Shown here piece after piece: positions 13,781-27,356 of a stretch of 64,000 nucleotides of DNA. The stretch lies in contig NC_134036.1 in the NCBI RefSeq assembly GCF_964204645.1, positions 7,788,812 to 7,852,811 on the forward strand, given 5' to 3'. Position 1 is the stretch's first letter. Every line of letters begins with the position of its first letter. A model generated the notes under the pieces. It was not told the origin of the DNA and ran no database searches. It saw nothing but the letters and a program-made list of their open reading frames with translations. A program made the translations under genes and the position numbers. Origin of the DNA: Tubulanus polymorphus (Eukaryota; Animalia; Nemertea).

Positions 13781-16339
13781 TCTAATAAACCTTGATTAAG
13801 ACTAAGTCATCTTCACCCGTCAAGGGAGTCGAACCCACTACGCTAAAGCCGTTACCCGAACCCCTTGACCTAATAAGTCGTTTTTGTCGTGACGACTAGA
13901 ATCACGTCGGGCCAATCACAACGCTTGTAACAAACGACATTAGACTTCCTTAAGAATTCCCATTTAGATGGACCAATCAGCGTGCATTTTACTGAACAAG
14001 GAAGTATTTCGCAAGTCGATATATGATGTCATGCGCAAAGCGCCAGTAAAGAAATCGCGCGTCGTGAGGCTAGAGGGCTGGTGGAAGCGAGTTCGGGGAG
14101 CTATACCGGACGCCTGGCAAGCGAGGATGGACGTAATTTGGCTTTCAAAAATGAGCCAAGAACCGATGACAGAGTTTTCGCCAAATTTGAATCGCAATTC
14201 GATATGATCGGTCATAGCGGAATATCCTTCTTATAATGTTTGAAAGTCCGCAGTGACATTAGTGAATAAGCTCGCAACATCAAAATATATGAATAATTAA
14301 TCATGCCCAGGAATAACATTTTTAGACAATTTCAGACTAATAAACCCTGATTATTCTCAATATATCCACTATTTACAGATTTTGAACTGCAGCCAAAGAT
14401 GTCCATTCCCAAATAGGATGGTTTCCAAAACAGGTAAGTCTGCTTATCTGAAGGCAAACATATCGAACCTACCAAAATGATTTCGATATTTCATTCCCCT
14501 TTCTATCTTCTTCATGATGCGGAAAGAGTTTACAACCGACATAAGATGCCAATGAGTTTAATCTTAATCGTCGAATCGCGTTAAGACTAATCAAAGAAAT
14601 AGTATTCCGACCTATTGCCTAAATCTTTGAAATATGGCCCAGTTGTTATCAGACTCTGGGTAGTTCATATCAAACTCTTTTTGTAGACAACTTTCCTTTT
14701 CAAAATTTCAAAATTTCAAAATCAGTGTTCCGTCTTCAACGTGTTCCAAAAATAAACCAGCTAAAACTGGGGTGATTGTATAACCCATAGCCATACTAAA
14801 AGTCTGTTTAAAAAAAATTAGAACCAAGTAGAAAATATGAGTTTTTTGTACAAAGTTCGAATCAATCCAAGAGACAATCACTATCTGCGATTTCTACGGT
14901 ATCCCTTGTGTTTTTATCAAAATGAAAATCAGAAGTAGGTAACATTAGTGAATAAGCCCGCAACATCAGAAAATATAAATAATTTATCAGAACATTTTCA
15001 GACATTTTAATGAATCCTGATTATGACTAAGTCATTTTCACCCGTCAAGGGATTCGAACCCACTACGCTAAAGCCGTTACCCGAGCCCCTTGACCTAATG
15101 AGTCGTTTTAGTCGTTATTAACCGACTAGAATCATGTCGGGCCAATCACAGCGCTAGTAAGAAACGACATTTGAATTCCCGTTCAGATGGACCAATCAGC
15201 GAGCATTTTACCGAACAAGGAAGTATTTCGCAAGTCGACATATGATGTCATGCGCAAAGCGCCAGTAATGAAATCACGCGTCGTGAGGCCAGGGGGCTGG
15301 TGGAAGCCAGTTCGGGGAGCGATACCGGACCCCTGGCAAGCGAGGATGGACGTATTAAGGCTTTTGAAAATGAGCTAAGAATCGATGACAGAGTTTACAT
15401 TAAATTTGAATAGCAATTCCATATGATCGGTCGTAGCGGAATATCCTTCTTATAATCTTTGAAAGTCTGCAGAGATAAGGAAATGATGGTAACCATTTTT
15501 GAAAATTCGTTATTTTAATTCGCAGTCCGAAAGTCCTTTGAATTTGCTTTGCATAATTTCTGGCAGGTTTGATTTGAGTTTTTTTGTATACACGTCTTGG
15601 TTGGTTGTTGAGATCTTGTATTTTAGAAGGATGTGATTCAATATCCATAAACACATTTTGGTTTCAAAATAATAAATTTTATCTTACAAAATTAGAATTA
15701 TAGAATTTCTTCAATTATCAATATATCCACTATTTACAGGTTTTGAAGTGCAGCCAAAAGATGTCCATTCCCAAATATGATGGTTTCCAAAACAAGTAAA
15801 CCTGCTTAACTGAAAGCAAACGTATCAAAGGCATTTCAATATTGTATTTCCCTTTCTATCTTCATGATGCGGAAAGAGCTTACAACCGACAGAGCCTACA
15901 ACCGACATAGGATGCCAATGAGTTTAATCTTAATTGTCGAATCGCGTTAAGACTATTCAAAGCAATAGTATTTCGACCTATTGCCTAAACCTTTGAAATA
16001 TGGTACTTTTTGTAGCCAACTTTCCTTTTCAAAATTTGTGATCAAAATCCCGGGCTACGGGTCTGTTTTGAAAGTATTGAGACCAAGAGCATATCCAGAT
16101 ACGTGCTATACCAGTCATCGCGTGATATTGAAATGGTTGACGCTGGTACTAAACTATTTGAAATCAAAATTCATTGCATCGTGTGTCTTTCAAAAACCTT
16201 GCCACCGTAAGGTCTTGGATGCTTAGGTAATATCTGTTTAATTTTTCAACGATCGATGCTTTTCTCGTTGCATGATTTCTTTTTTAATCAGATATCAGTG
16301 TTCGGTTCATTCAAGCTCAACACGTTCAAACATTGTACT

Positions 16340-16740
16340 AAGCATACCCTTCAAAGAACTAAACCAATCCCAAACCCAACCACAACCAGACAACCCTACC
16401 CCACCCAGAGACCTTACCCTATCACATCCTGTCCTACTCTATCCTATTACCATACCCCACCTCATCCTCCTACCCGAACCCTACCACCGTCACTTCTGTA
16501 ATGCCTTAACACCAGCCTTTCTATCTCTAATCGCAGACCTACCGAACTACACTACCCTATCCTACCACATACACCACTCACCCCGTGATCAGTTCTACCA
16601 AACTCACCATCCAACCCAACCTCACCAACGCATCCTGCACCATCCAACTCGACCTAACCTTATCATATTGTCCTATCCTACCCTACGTGTGAGCTCCTCT
16701 GTACCCTTCCCTATTCCAAACCACTCCTAATCCACACTAC
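16340..16740. repeat. C/A-rich low-complexity tract (duplicated at ~42400-42810)
   Basis: cctaccc/ccaaccc-type degenerate repeats; near-identical second copy. Confidence 0.8.
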
Positions 16741-17574
16741 AATCAGAGAGGTAGAAATGTCATGATGTCGCGGTTAAACGGATGGAAATTATTCTTATTG
16801 CTAATGAAGATGAGAGAACGAACATTCATCCAAATGAGGAATAAGTGAAATGACTGTGTACACAATCACGGTTACATGTACATCAGTCACAACTTTGTTA
16901 GACTGGAACAATGAGTGAAACTTCTACACTTACAATCTTACACATATCAGACTGCATTCAAAACACTTTACAGCTCCTAGTGATGAATGTAACTCTACTT
17001 ATCTTTTATACTAAGCGATTCATTTTTCCTCCGTTGTTCCTCTGTCGCTCATACTGCTCTTGCTATTCCAATGTTGCTGAAAATGTTTGAATAAATTGAT
17101 TGATTTGAATGGCATTATTGGCAAAAACAGAATAGTACAAGTTTGTGAATCTATGTACCGGCACTGCGCATCAATGAGCTCTGTAGAATTAACATTTGCT
17201 GGAAGAATTCAAGATTTTAAAAGACCAAACAAACTTGTCTTTTTTTCGAAGTCGAACGAAGCGCTTTTTATTTTGTACTGAAAATGTTTTAAAACGTGCT
17301 GTAATGACGAAATAGAAATTAATAATTATATGAAGCACTGTTTGGGATTTCGGGAGCTCCTGGTGGTATCACGTCGCCGTGGAACTTAATCCCGGTACCG
17401 AAGAGTTTACCGATATTTTCTCCAGTTACTATCTCGGGAAAATGAAGCTCTGAAAAACCTTGACAGTTCTGTATTTTCAGCTTAGGGGTGAAAAACTTAT
17501 CTTTAAAGTTACTTGTTTTTAATTTTTTGATGCCGCTTGGATCCTATGTTGATACCAAATTGTGCTGTTGCTGT

Positions 17575-17842
17575 TGCTGCTCCTATATTGATGGATGCTG
17601 CTGCTCCTATGTTGACGGATGCTGCTGCTCCTATGTTGACGGATGCTGCCTCTCCTATGTTGATGGATGCTGCTGCTCCTATGTTGACGGATGCTGCTGC
17701 TCCTATGTTGACGGATGCTGCCTCTCCTATGTTGATGGATGCTGCTGCTCCTATGTTGACGGATGCTGCTGCTCCTATGTTGACGGATGCTGCCTCTCCT
17801 ATGTTGATGGATGCTGCTGCTCCTATGTTGACGGTTGCTGCT
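17575..17842. repeat. 24-bp minisatellite, ~11 units with a 72-bp higher-order period
   Basis: (gatgctgctgctcctatgttgacg)n; variant units recur every third unit. Confidence 0.95.
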
Positions 17843-19019
17843 AGAAAACTCAATTCATTCTTTCACTTTTATTCATCGTTGAAAGATTCTAATTCATTCT
17901 TATATGAAATGAACACATACTCAACCATTCATATTAAATAAAGATCCCATGTTTTGATGTTGACTATTCAATCGATTTTGTTTCCAGTGTGCTATCAATC
18001 TAAAACAGATAAGCAAATTATTCTAAAAAAGAAATCTTCACACTTAGGAGAAACTAACAGCAATGAATATGTTGAATACTCACCGTTATATTCTAAAAGT
18101 AATCAAAAATATGTTTCCGACTTGTCGAGATATCTATCACTAGGGCGTTTTGGGTATCTACAAACGAAAACTAAAGATTGTAAGGTTTCCGAACAAAAAG
18201 GTCAACTATCAGAAAAAAATGAATTGAACTTGAGAAATTAAACTAGGCCTGAAATAAAAGATTTGAATACAAAACTAATTCAGTTTTTGAAGAATGGTAC
18301 TATACACCTACAACAAAACTAACTACAAAATCTTTGATATAAAAGATAGTTTACGAATCCACTGATTTAAATACATTTCATGATCGTAAATCTTAATTAT
18401 AATCTAAATATCTAATATAATCTAAAACTTACCAGATATGTTGGGATTTTCTGACTTGGCTTTGGTGGGTAATCCTCAATACAGGCCCTTCACTGGTGTG
18501 CGTGCGCTAGACGTGGTGGCTGGTTCTCGAATGAAGCTCTAACCAAGCGTTACTACAATACGATTTGGGTGGCGGCTATTGTGTGGAAATTCGATCATAT
18601 CGTGACCCAAAATTGACACAATGAAGTACGTGTACTAGAATATTCGAACTCTATTAACTGTCTGCTTCATTCTTTTATGGTATATGCGGGTTTAATATAC
18701 CAACTTCAGCTGGTTTAGAACGCGGCTACAAGACCGAAGCAAGAGGCAGGAATAAATCATATCACTCCTGTTTTAACTAACAAATACATGTATTCTAAAA
18801 TAAAACGATGTAATTAGTTACTATATGCACCGGCACGAAAATTGATGGCCATCGGATCAATGTCTCTTTAATGGCAAATGTTATCATACAAAAATTTGAT
18901 GATTTCAAATCATTTGTTTTGCTAAATATTGTTCCCAGTTTTATTAGGAGGCTACGGCAATTTACTGTAATCTGTATTTTGTATTCTCGACTTTGGTCGT
19001 GTCTTGGTTATCACAAGTA

Positions 19020-21133
19020 TTTTTAGTATTGTCGATTCGTTTTATTAATTGGGGATATTTGACAGGGTGGACTGAGTATGAATAAAATAAAATGTTGAAA
19101 AGTAGGAAAATATTTACATAAAAACTGAAGTCATCCTCAATCCTCCTTGTCAAACATCCCCCAGTAACAAACGATTTAACCATTCTGAAAATTCTCGAAG
19201 AATACAAAACACGACTGAAGCCGAAATTGAAACAGATAAAAGAAAATGTTGAAAATTCGGAAAATATTCACATAACAAACTGAAGCCATATTCAATCCTT
19301 TTTCAAAAACATACCCCATTACAACAAACGCCTGTGCACATGCACACCTCAGTCGAATGCCACACACGCCACTTTTCACTCCAATATTTTCCACGCAATC
19401 CTCCCTGTCAAACATCCTCGAGTAACAAATGACTCGACCATACTGAATGTATACTTGATATAACAAAATAAGACCAAAGCCGATATTAAAACAGACGAAA
19501 TAAAATGTTGAAAATTCTGAAAATATTTACATAACTGAAGTCATCCTCACACCTCCTTGTCAAACATCCCTCGGTAAAAAACGACTCGACCATTCTGAAA
19601 ATGCTCGATAAAACGAAACACGACCGGAGCCGATATCAAAACAGATAAAAGAAAATAATGATAATTCGGAAAATATTTATATCAACAACTGATGTCATCC
19701 TCAATCCTCCTTGTCAAACATCTCCCAGTAACAAAACACTCGACCATTCTGCAAATACTCTAGAAAACGAAACACGACCGAAGCCGATGATAAAACAGAT
19801 GAAAAAATGTTGAAAATTCGGAAAATATGTTCATTAAAAACTGAAGTCATCCTCACTCCTCCTGGTCAAACATTCCCGAGTAACAAACTACTTATTCATT
19901 CTGAAAATACTCGAGAAAACGAAACATGACCGAAGCCGACTTTAAAACGGCTACGGGAAATTAGTGATAATTTGGAAAATATTTACATTAACAACTGAAG
20001 TCATCATCACTCCTCCTGGTCAAACATCCCCCAGTAACAAACCACTCGACCATTCTGAAAATACTCGAGAAAACGAAAGACGATCGAAGCCGATATTAAA
20101 ACAACTAAAAGACAATTTCGAAAATTTGGAAAATATTTACATTAAAAACTGAAGTCATCCTCACTCCTCCTTGTCAAACATTTCCCAGTAACAATTCAAT
20201 TGGTCATTCTGAAAATACTCTAGAAAACGAAACACAACTGAAGCCGATATCAAAACAGATAAAAGAAAACGTTGAAAATTCGGAAAATATTTACATTAAA
20301 ATCTGAAGTTATTCTCAATCCTCCTTGTCAATCATCCCCAGTAACAAAAGACTCAACCATTCTGAAAATACTCGAGAAAACGAAACACGACCGGAGCCGA
20401 TATCAAAACAGATAAAAGATAATGTTTATAATTCGGATAATATTTACATTAACAACTGATGTCATCCTCAATCCTCCTTGTCAAACATCCCCCGGTAACA
20501 AACGACACGTCCATACTGAAAATACTCGAGAAAACGAAACAGGACCGAAGCCGATATTAAAACAGATAAAATAAAATGTTGAAAATTCGGAAAATACTTA
20601 CATTGACAACTGAATTCATCCTCACTCCTCCTTGTCAAACATCATCCTGTGACAAACCATTTGACCATTCTGAAAATACTCGAGAAAACGAAACACGACC
20701 GAAGCCGTTATTAAAACACATGAAACAAAAGGTTGAAAATATTGAAAATATTTACACTAAAAACTGAAATCATCCGCAGTCCTCCTTGTAAATCATCCCC
20801 AGTAACAAACGAATCGACCATTCTATATAAACTTGATTAATCAAAACATGACCGAAGCCGATATTAAAACAGATAAAAGAAAATTTTGAAAATTCGGAAG
20901 ATATTTACATCAAAAACTGACGTCATCCTCAATCCTCCTTGTCAAAGATCGCCCAGTAACAAACCAATTGGTCATTCTGAAAATACTCAAGAAAACGAAA
21001 CACGACTGAAGCCGATATAAAAATAGATAAAAGAAAATGTTGAAAATTCGGAAAATATTTACATTAACAACTGATGTCATCCTTATCCTCCTTTTCTTAC
21101 ATCCCCGGGTAACAAACGACTCGACCATTCTAA
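19020..21133 (+). repeat. ~154-bp satellite array (~13-14 monomers)
   Basis: gaaaacgaaac anchors at 20223, 20376, 20530, 20684 (spacing 153-154). Confidence 0.95.
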
Positions 21134-24100
21134 AAGTAAAACAATTATCGGGAAAATTGGGCGCAATTAATCAAGAAATAGAAGAATATAATGCTATGAA
21201 TGGTGTAAATGTAAGAAAATATGATTTTAAACTATTAGCTAAAACATCTGAAAATTATATTTCATTTCAATTTGGTTGCATTAGATTTTTAGATTCTTAT
21301 AGATTTCTAGCAAGTTCATTAGATAATTTATCAAAAAGTTTAGTTGATAATGATTTTGTTATAACTCGATATTATTATCCAAATGAACAAGATTTTAAAT
21401 TATTGAGATATAAAGGTGCAATTCCTTATTCATTTTATAAAACACACAATGATTTTAATGTAACAGAATTATTAAAAGATCAATTTTATAATCAATTAAA
21501 AGAGGAGTATGTGAAAGACGAAGTGTTTAATAGAACATTAAATATTTGGAACCATTTTAAGATGAAAAATCATGGTGAATTAGTTGATTTATATTTAAAA
21601 TCAGACGTTATGATATTGGCTGACATATTTGAAAAATTTAGAGAAGTTAATTTGAATCATTTTAATGTTGATCCTTGTTATTGCTACTCTAGCCCTGGTT
21701 TAACCTGGCAATGTGGTTTAAAATATACAAATGTAGAATTAGATTTATTAAAAGAACCAGATATGGTTTTATTATTTGAAAAATCAGTTAGAGGTGGAAT
21801 TAGTGGTGTTATGGGAGATAGGTATTTTAAAGCAAATGATGAATATAAATTATTATATATTGACGCCAATAATTTATATGGTTGGGCAATGATGCAACCT
21901 CAACCACATGAAAATTTTATATTAACAGAAGTTGAAAATGGTGATAAAACTGATTGGGAAAGCGCAATTGCGAGTTTAAAAGATGAAGCACCAATTGGTT
22001 ATTTCTTTGTAGTTGATTTAGAATATCCTGAAAATATAAAGTTTAAAACAAGAAACTTACCTTATTGCCCAGAACATTTAACTGTAGATGATAGTTATTT
22101 AAGTGAATACCAGAAGAAAATAAAACCGAAAGATCATGTTTTTACAGAAAAATTAAAAATTACTCAAAATAATAAATACAATTATATTGTTCATTATAGA
22201 ATGTTAAAATTTTATCTAAAAAAAGGAATGAAATTAAAGAAAGTACATAGATATATTGAATTTAATCAATCGAAGTGGTTAGAAAAATATATAGATTTCA
22301 ATACTCAACAGAGAACAATATCAAATTAATCTTCAAATTAATGAATAATAGTTTTTATGGTAAAACATGTGAAAATATTAGAAATAGAAATGATATTGAA
22401 TTAGTAAGTAATTCTGAAAGATTAAGACATTTACAATCAAGTCCTAGACATTTAGGAAATAAAAGATTTGAAGATTATTTAACAGCAGTTAAATTGAAAA
22501 GAACATCAATGAAATTTAATAAACCTATATTTATTGGTTCGACTGTTTTAGAAGTATCAAAATTATTAATGTATGATTTTTATTATAATGTTTTACAACC
22601 ACTTTTTGGGGAAAAGCATATTGGAATATTATATTTTGATTCTGTAACAGCTGACACCCCAATATTATTAAAATGTAATGATAAAATATTGATAAGAAGA
22701 ATTTCAGAAATAATTCCAAAACAAAATGAATGTTATATTTCATATGGAGAAAAAGAATTAATACAAATAAATGGATTAATGGATGTTTGGACAAGAAATG
22801 GATGGAAAAAATTAAAGAATATTATTAGACATAAAACAAATAATAAAATCTATAGAGTTAGAACTAAATTAGGGTTCGTAGATGTTACAGAAGATCATAG
22901 TTTAATTAAACGAAATGGCGATGAAATAAAACCAACTGATATAAAAATTGGAGATGAATTATTACATAAAAGATTTTTCCAAAGAATGAATCATATGTCA
23001 TTTGATGAAATAATTGATAATATTTATAATATAGAACCCGAAACATTAGAAGAAAAAGAATATTTTATCAAAGGATTTTTCATGGGTGATGGTTCAGCAG
23101 GTGTGTATAATTATGTTAATCGCACTCAATATTGCTGGTATTTATGCAATCAAGACTTAAAATTATTAGAAAGAATTAAGAAATTCTGTGAAGAAGTTCA
23201 TTCACATAAAACATTCAAAATCATAGATGTTATGAAATCATCGCAACGTTATAGAATACATGTGAATAATCATAAAGATTTTGCTATAAAATATAATAAC
23301 GAATTCTATATTCATGCAATAGTGAAAAGTAATACTTCAACTAAAGAAAAGATAGTTCCAGATTATGTATTAAATGCAAAAAATTATTTAAGAAAATGGT
23401 TCTTCATTGGATTCTACGCAGCCGATGGTACTTAAAGTTTCAAAAACCGCAAAACAATATCTTTAGCTCAAAAAGGAAAAGTTGCTATATCAGGATTAAA
23501 TATATTATGCAATTCATTAGGTTTTAATATGAATATTGGATTGATTAAATCTAAACCAAATTGCTTTAATTTAAGCCATGTAGAAAATGAGTTAACTGAA
23601 GAAGTTAAAGATTTATTTGAAATATATAACCCAACAGATTATGTTTATGATTTATCAACTGAAGATGGTACATTTAACTGTGGATTTCCATTAATAGCCA
23701 AAAATACTGACGCCTACATACTAAAAATCAAGACAAATGACATAACAAAAGACTTAAAAACATTAAAACATCATTTTGATTTTAGCAATTATCCCAAAGA
23801 TCATGAACTATTTAGCAATGATAATAAAAAGATTCCTGGTAAATTTAAAGATGAATTAGGGGGTGATGAAATGATTTAATTTGTTGGGATAAGAAGTAAA
23901 ATGTATAGTTACAGAACAAAAGATCATGAAGCTAAAAAGTTAAAAGGAGTAACAAAACATGTGGTTGATAAACATATAGAATTTCAAGATTATATAAAGT
24001 GTTTATATAAATCAATTGTAATGAAACACAAAATGAATTGTTTAAGATCAGAAGATCATGAGATGTACATTAATGAAGTTGAAAAAACTAGTTTAAATCC

Positions 24101-24161
24101 ATTTGATGATAAAAGGCATATTTTAGATGATGGTATAAAAACATTAACTTATGGTCATTAA
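21134..24161 (+). pseudogene. polB: Protein-primed family B DNA polymerase containing an intein; 5' truncated, frameshift ~22320, stops at 23433 and 23877
   Basis: FLDSYRFL, YLKSDV (ExoIII), YIDANNLYGWAM (motif A), KLMNNSFYGK (B), YFD..TD (C, split by intein), GKFKDE, KLKGV, DDKR. Confidence 0.95.
22641..23705 (+). mobile_element. Intein with LAGLIDADG homing endonuclease (355 codons, one in-frame TAA at 23433-23435)
   Basis: Block A SVTADTPILLK right after YFD; block B VTEDHSL; block C FIKGFFMGDGS; block E FFIGFYAADGT; block H-like KGKVAISGLNILCNSLGF; block F YVYDLSTEDGTF; block G LIAKN then +1 Thr. Absent from the second polB (YFDTDS). Confidence 0.95.
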
Positions 24162-24520
24162 AACATAAAATCAATATCATCATACTCGAAATCACTATTG
24201 GCTTCTTCATTTTCATTTAATTGTTCATGTTCTTCTTCCATTCCATTTTTCTCATTTAAATAAAGTTCTATCTTGTTCCACATTTCATCTCGCTCTCTTT
24301 GTTTCTTTTTGTTTGTTAATTCATCAAATGGAATTATAATATCTATGTTTAAATAATTTTCAATCTTATTTAAAAAGAATTCATAATTTATTGAATCTGT
24401 TATTCTATTTTCTAAATGATACATTAATATTTGTTTGAATATTTTTTTTATATTTTCCGTATCTTCTTCTGATAATTTAGGTTTTTCATAATAATCGTTA
24501 AATAATAAATATAAATACAT
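24158..24520 (-). CDS. Hypothetical protein with acidic C-terminus
   Basis: 120-aa ORF convergent with polB. Confidence 0.55.
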   Translation of the reverse strand: MYLYLLFNDYYEKPKLSEEDTENIKKIFKQILMYHLENRITDSINYEFFLNKIENYLNIDIIIPFDELTNKKKQRERDEMWNKIELYLNEKNGMEEEHEQLNENEEANSDFEYDDIDFMF

Positions 24521-24536
24521 TTTCTTTTCTTTTGTG

Positions 24537-25060
24537 TTAATTAAATTTTGACGGAATAATTGTATTTATAATATCTTTTTTAGTTATTTCACCATTTTTA
24601 TTTTCTATTATTTTCATTTTTTCAAGCCATTGCATATATTCTGGTGTATGATCTTCCATAGAAAATATTTCATCTAGATAATTTAATTTTGGATCTATGA
24701 GAAAATCTCTAGTTTTTTCTTCACCCAATAAATTCTTTTGCCATCCACATTCATTACAAAATAACACAGTACCTTCTTGTCTTAAGGTCGCTTAACTACA
24801 TTGTGGACATTTTCGTTTATAATTTATTGGTAATATATCTTCATTAAGCTCCTGGTATTTTCTTACGTTTTCTTTATGTTTTATTGTTCTATTATGTAGA
24901 TTTGAATTACTTGTTGTAATAATCAATTTACAATATTTACAATAATATGTTTTTCTTGTTAATTCATTATATTGTTTTTCTAACTTTTCAACTGTTTCTT
25001 TATTATCTGGTAACGTTTTCTCATATTTTATTTTTTTTTATAAATTATTTTTTCTTTCAT
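24537..25060 (-). pseudogene. Zinc-finger / zinc-ribbon protein, disrupted
   Basis: Reads YYCKYC...HNRTIKH then CPQCS*...CNECG; ATG at 25060. Confidence 0.6.
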
Positions 25061-25064
25061 TGAA

Positions 25065-25469
25065 TTAAGTTTCAAATTTATTAGAAATTTTATCTATATG
25101 TGCTTTACGAAATTGATGATTCTCCCAATCTTCTATATTTTCAGGGCTATATTTTATTCGACAAGGCTCACAGAAATGATCTTTTATATTATCCTTATCA
25201 TAGAATAAGAAAGGTCTTTTCCAAATAACTTCAGGTTCAACTTCGGCAGAATTACTATTACTTTCATTACTATCAACATTAGCCGTTGCGCCATTAATTC
25301 TACACTTCTCTGAATGTTTTTTAACATAATTTCTTGAGAATAATTTATTACATTTTGGGCAGTTTATTTTAGGGGGTTTATAATTTTCATCATGTTTTTT
25401 CATATGTCGAGCCATATTACTTTTTCTTAGAAGTTCACCACAAATTTCGCATGCTATCTTCTCATCCAT
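25065..25469 (-). CDS. C2H2-type zinc-finger protein
   Basis: CEICG..MARHMKKH; CPKC..KKHSEKC; CEPC..H....H. Confidence 0.75.
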   Translation of the reverse strand: MDEKIACEICGELLRKSNMARHMKKHDENYKPPKINCPKCNKLFSRNYVKKHSEKCRINGATANVDSNESNSNSAEVEPEVIWKRPFLFYDKDNIKDHFCEPCRIKYSPENIEDWENHQFRKAHIDKISNKFET

Positions 25470-25537
25470 TTATTTAGGAACAATTTTATTAAAATTAATT
25501 TTTAGTGATGAGCGGTAATTTTTTTATGTTATAAATA

Positions 25538-26294
25538 ATGGTAGAATTAAAAGAATACAGAATATTTGTTGATTCAAGAAAACTTACAAATTATAAATCT
25601 CATAATTTACTAGTACAATTAGATAGAGAATATAAGAATTGTGTAGATTTAAAATTAGTTAATATAAGTTTATGTAATTCTTTTTATAATATATCGAATA
25701 AAACTATTGAACATAATACTTTTTTAATTCATATTAGAAATATAAATAAATGGTTTCATCTATTTCTAAGACCAGGATTATATAATTTAGAAACATTAGC
25801 TCAAGAAATTAATCGTAGAGCACGGTTGAAAATTAGAAAAGATGATAAATTTTTAATAAGATTTATAAAAAGTGATAGCTCAAATAAAATTAAAATAAAG
25901 GTATTTGATGAAAGTCAAAATGCATTTATAGTAAAAAAACCATTAGCTAAATTGCTAGGAATTGCACCAGATGTTGTTACAGTAAACGTAGAAGGCATTT
26001 CAAATATAGTACCTTTAACACACTTATATTTATTGCAATTTAATTGATCCTACAAAAACATTTGAAGCAACTAAAGATACAACATGTAATTCTAGTATAT
26101 TAAATATTTTACCATTGAAGAATGTTAAACAATTTGGAGCGCAAATAAATTATAATTTAACAGAAAGTGATTTCAAACCTTGTATTCCACATTTCAATAA
26201 TTTTAAATTAGAAATAAGAAATCATAATGGTTATTTAATTGATTTGAATAACTTTCCTGTAATATATGAATTAGTTATAAGATGTAGAGAGTAA
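25538..26294 (+). pseudogene. Minor capsid protein (penton-like), frameshift ~26030
   Basis: IFVDSR...LVNISLCNSFYNI...PGLYN; shifted C-terminus YCNLI...LEIRNHNGYLIDLNNFPVIYELVI, resembling Polinton minor capsid proteins. Confidence 0.75.
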
Positions 26295-26310
26295 TTTTTT
26301 CATTATATAA

Positions 26311-26667
26311 ATGAATATAACTGTTGGGCCGAGCATATGTTTTGGATTTGATTTTAAACGTGAGAAAAAAATGAAATTTAACATTACTGATGTAATTACA
26401 CATATTAAAAATATTGCATTTTCTAATGAAACAACATTTGAGTATGAAACAACAATAGATAAAGAAACTTTAAATGTAGAAAAGATTACTAATTTAATTA
26501 GAGAATCTTTAAGATTTTATGAATTAGATGAAGATTTTATCATCGATGATATTAAAAAAAAAATTATTGAAATATATACAAATGAAACTAGTAATGAAAT
26601 AAATGTTGAATTAATCATAAATAAGTTAACTAAATATTTTGATGATAGTAATGTTTTTGATAAATAA
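26311..26667 (+). CDS. Conserved hypothetical protein (homolog at 63190-63550, -)
   Basis: 118-aa ORF with TAAATG start; conserved in the second element. Confidence 0.7.
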   Translation: MNITVGPSICFGFDFKREKKMKFNITDVITHIKNIAFSNETTFEYETTIDKETLNVEKITNLIRESLRFYELDEDFIIDDIKKKIIEIYTNETSNEINVELIINKLTKYFDDSNVFDK

Positions 26668-26889
26668 ATGAGTGATAATAAGTGGATAATAACTGGATTA
26701 TATAATGGCGCATTACTATCAGTTGGAACTGTTGGTTATTCAATGGTATTAAAAAAAGTATTCAAAATGGGAAGTGTTAATGTTGATAGATTTGATATCA
26801 ATGATATCTTAAAATTAACATTAGCAGTTACTTTATCTTATTTAACTATTGATTATTTGGAAAAACAAAAATTTATTCCTCCCATATAA
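26668..26889 (+). CDS. Small hydrophobic protein
   Basis: 73 aa with two hydrophobic segments; homolog split by a HINE at 61712-63189. Confidence 0.7.
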   Translation: MSDNKWIITGLYNGALLSVGTVGYSMVLKKVFKMGSVNVDRFDINDILKLTLAVTLSYLTIDYLEKQKFIPPI

Positions 26890-26913
26890 ATGCATAATTT
26901 TTTTGCTAAATAA

Positions 26914-27336
26914 ATGGCTTCTGCAATTATAACTATTATAGGATCGGCAATTGTTAACGCTTTAGCATTTACTGGTGGTGGATATTTATTTAAACACATT
27001 GATAAAAATAGTTCATTAGGAGAACAAAGAAGACATAATTTAGCATTACAGAAATACAATAAAGCAGCAGAAGAATATAGAGAAAAACGACAAAACTATA
27101 TGGATTACATGAATAAAGAATTATATGATCAGAAGATTTCACATAGAGATTTTCAATCAGTTGATGATGCAATGAGTTTATATAACGCAGTAACAAATGA
27201 AGAAAAATTACATCTATACAAACCTAAATTATCAGATTATTATACCCCAAGTAAAGAACAACAGAAATATGAAATAATTTGGATTTTAGGTGGAACTGTT
27301 ATTGTTATATTTGTTGCTTATAAGTTTACTAATTAG
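26914..27336 (+). CDS. Putative virion membrane protein (N- and C-terminal hydrophobic helices)
   Basis: 140 aa; intact, highly similar homolog at 61265-61687. Confidence 0.8.
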   Translation: MASAIITIIGSAIVNALAFTGGGYLFKHIDKNSSLGEQRRHNLALQKYNKAAEEYREKRQNYMDYMNKELYDQKISHRDFQSVDDAMSLYNAVTNEEKLHLYKPKLSDYYTPSKEQQKYEIIWILGGTVIVIFVAYKFTN

Positions 27337-27356
27337 TAATTTTTTTTTTTAAATAA

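Noticed and set aside
16256-16730. Pro/His-rich ORFs
   Set aside because: Products of a C/A-rich low-complexity tract; the frame is not preserved in the duplicate.
17488-17941. Cys-rich and Ala-rich ORFs (GCCCSYVD / AAAPMLTD / IGAAASVN)
   Set aside because: Translations of a 24-bp minisatellite open in several frames on both strands; no evidence of coding.
19020-21133. CRISPR-like array or repeat-protein ORFs
   Set aside because: Whole 154-bp monomers repeat with no unique spacers and no cas genes; it is a eukaryotic satellite.
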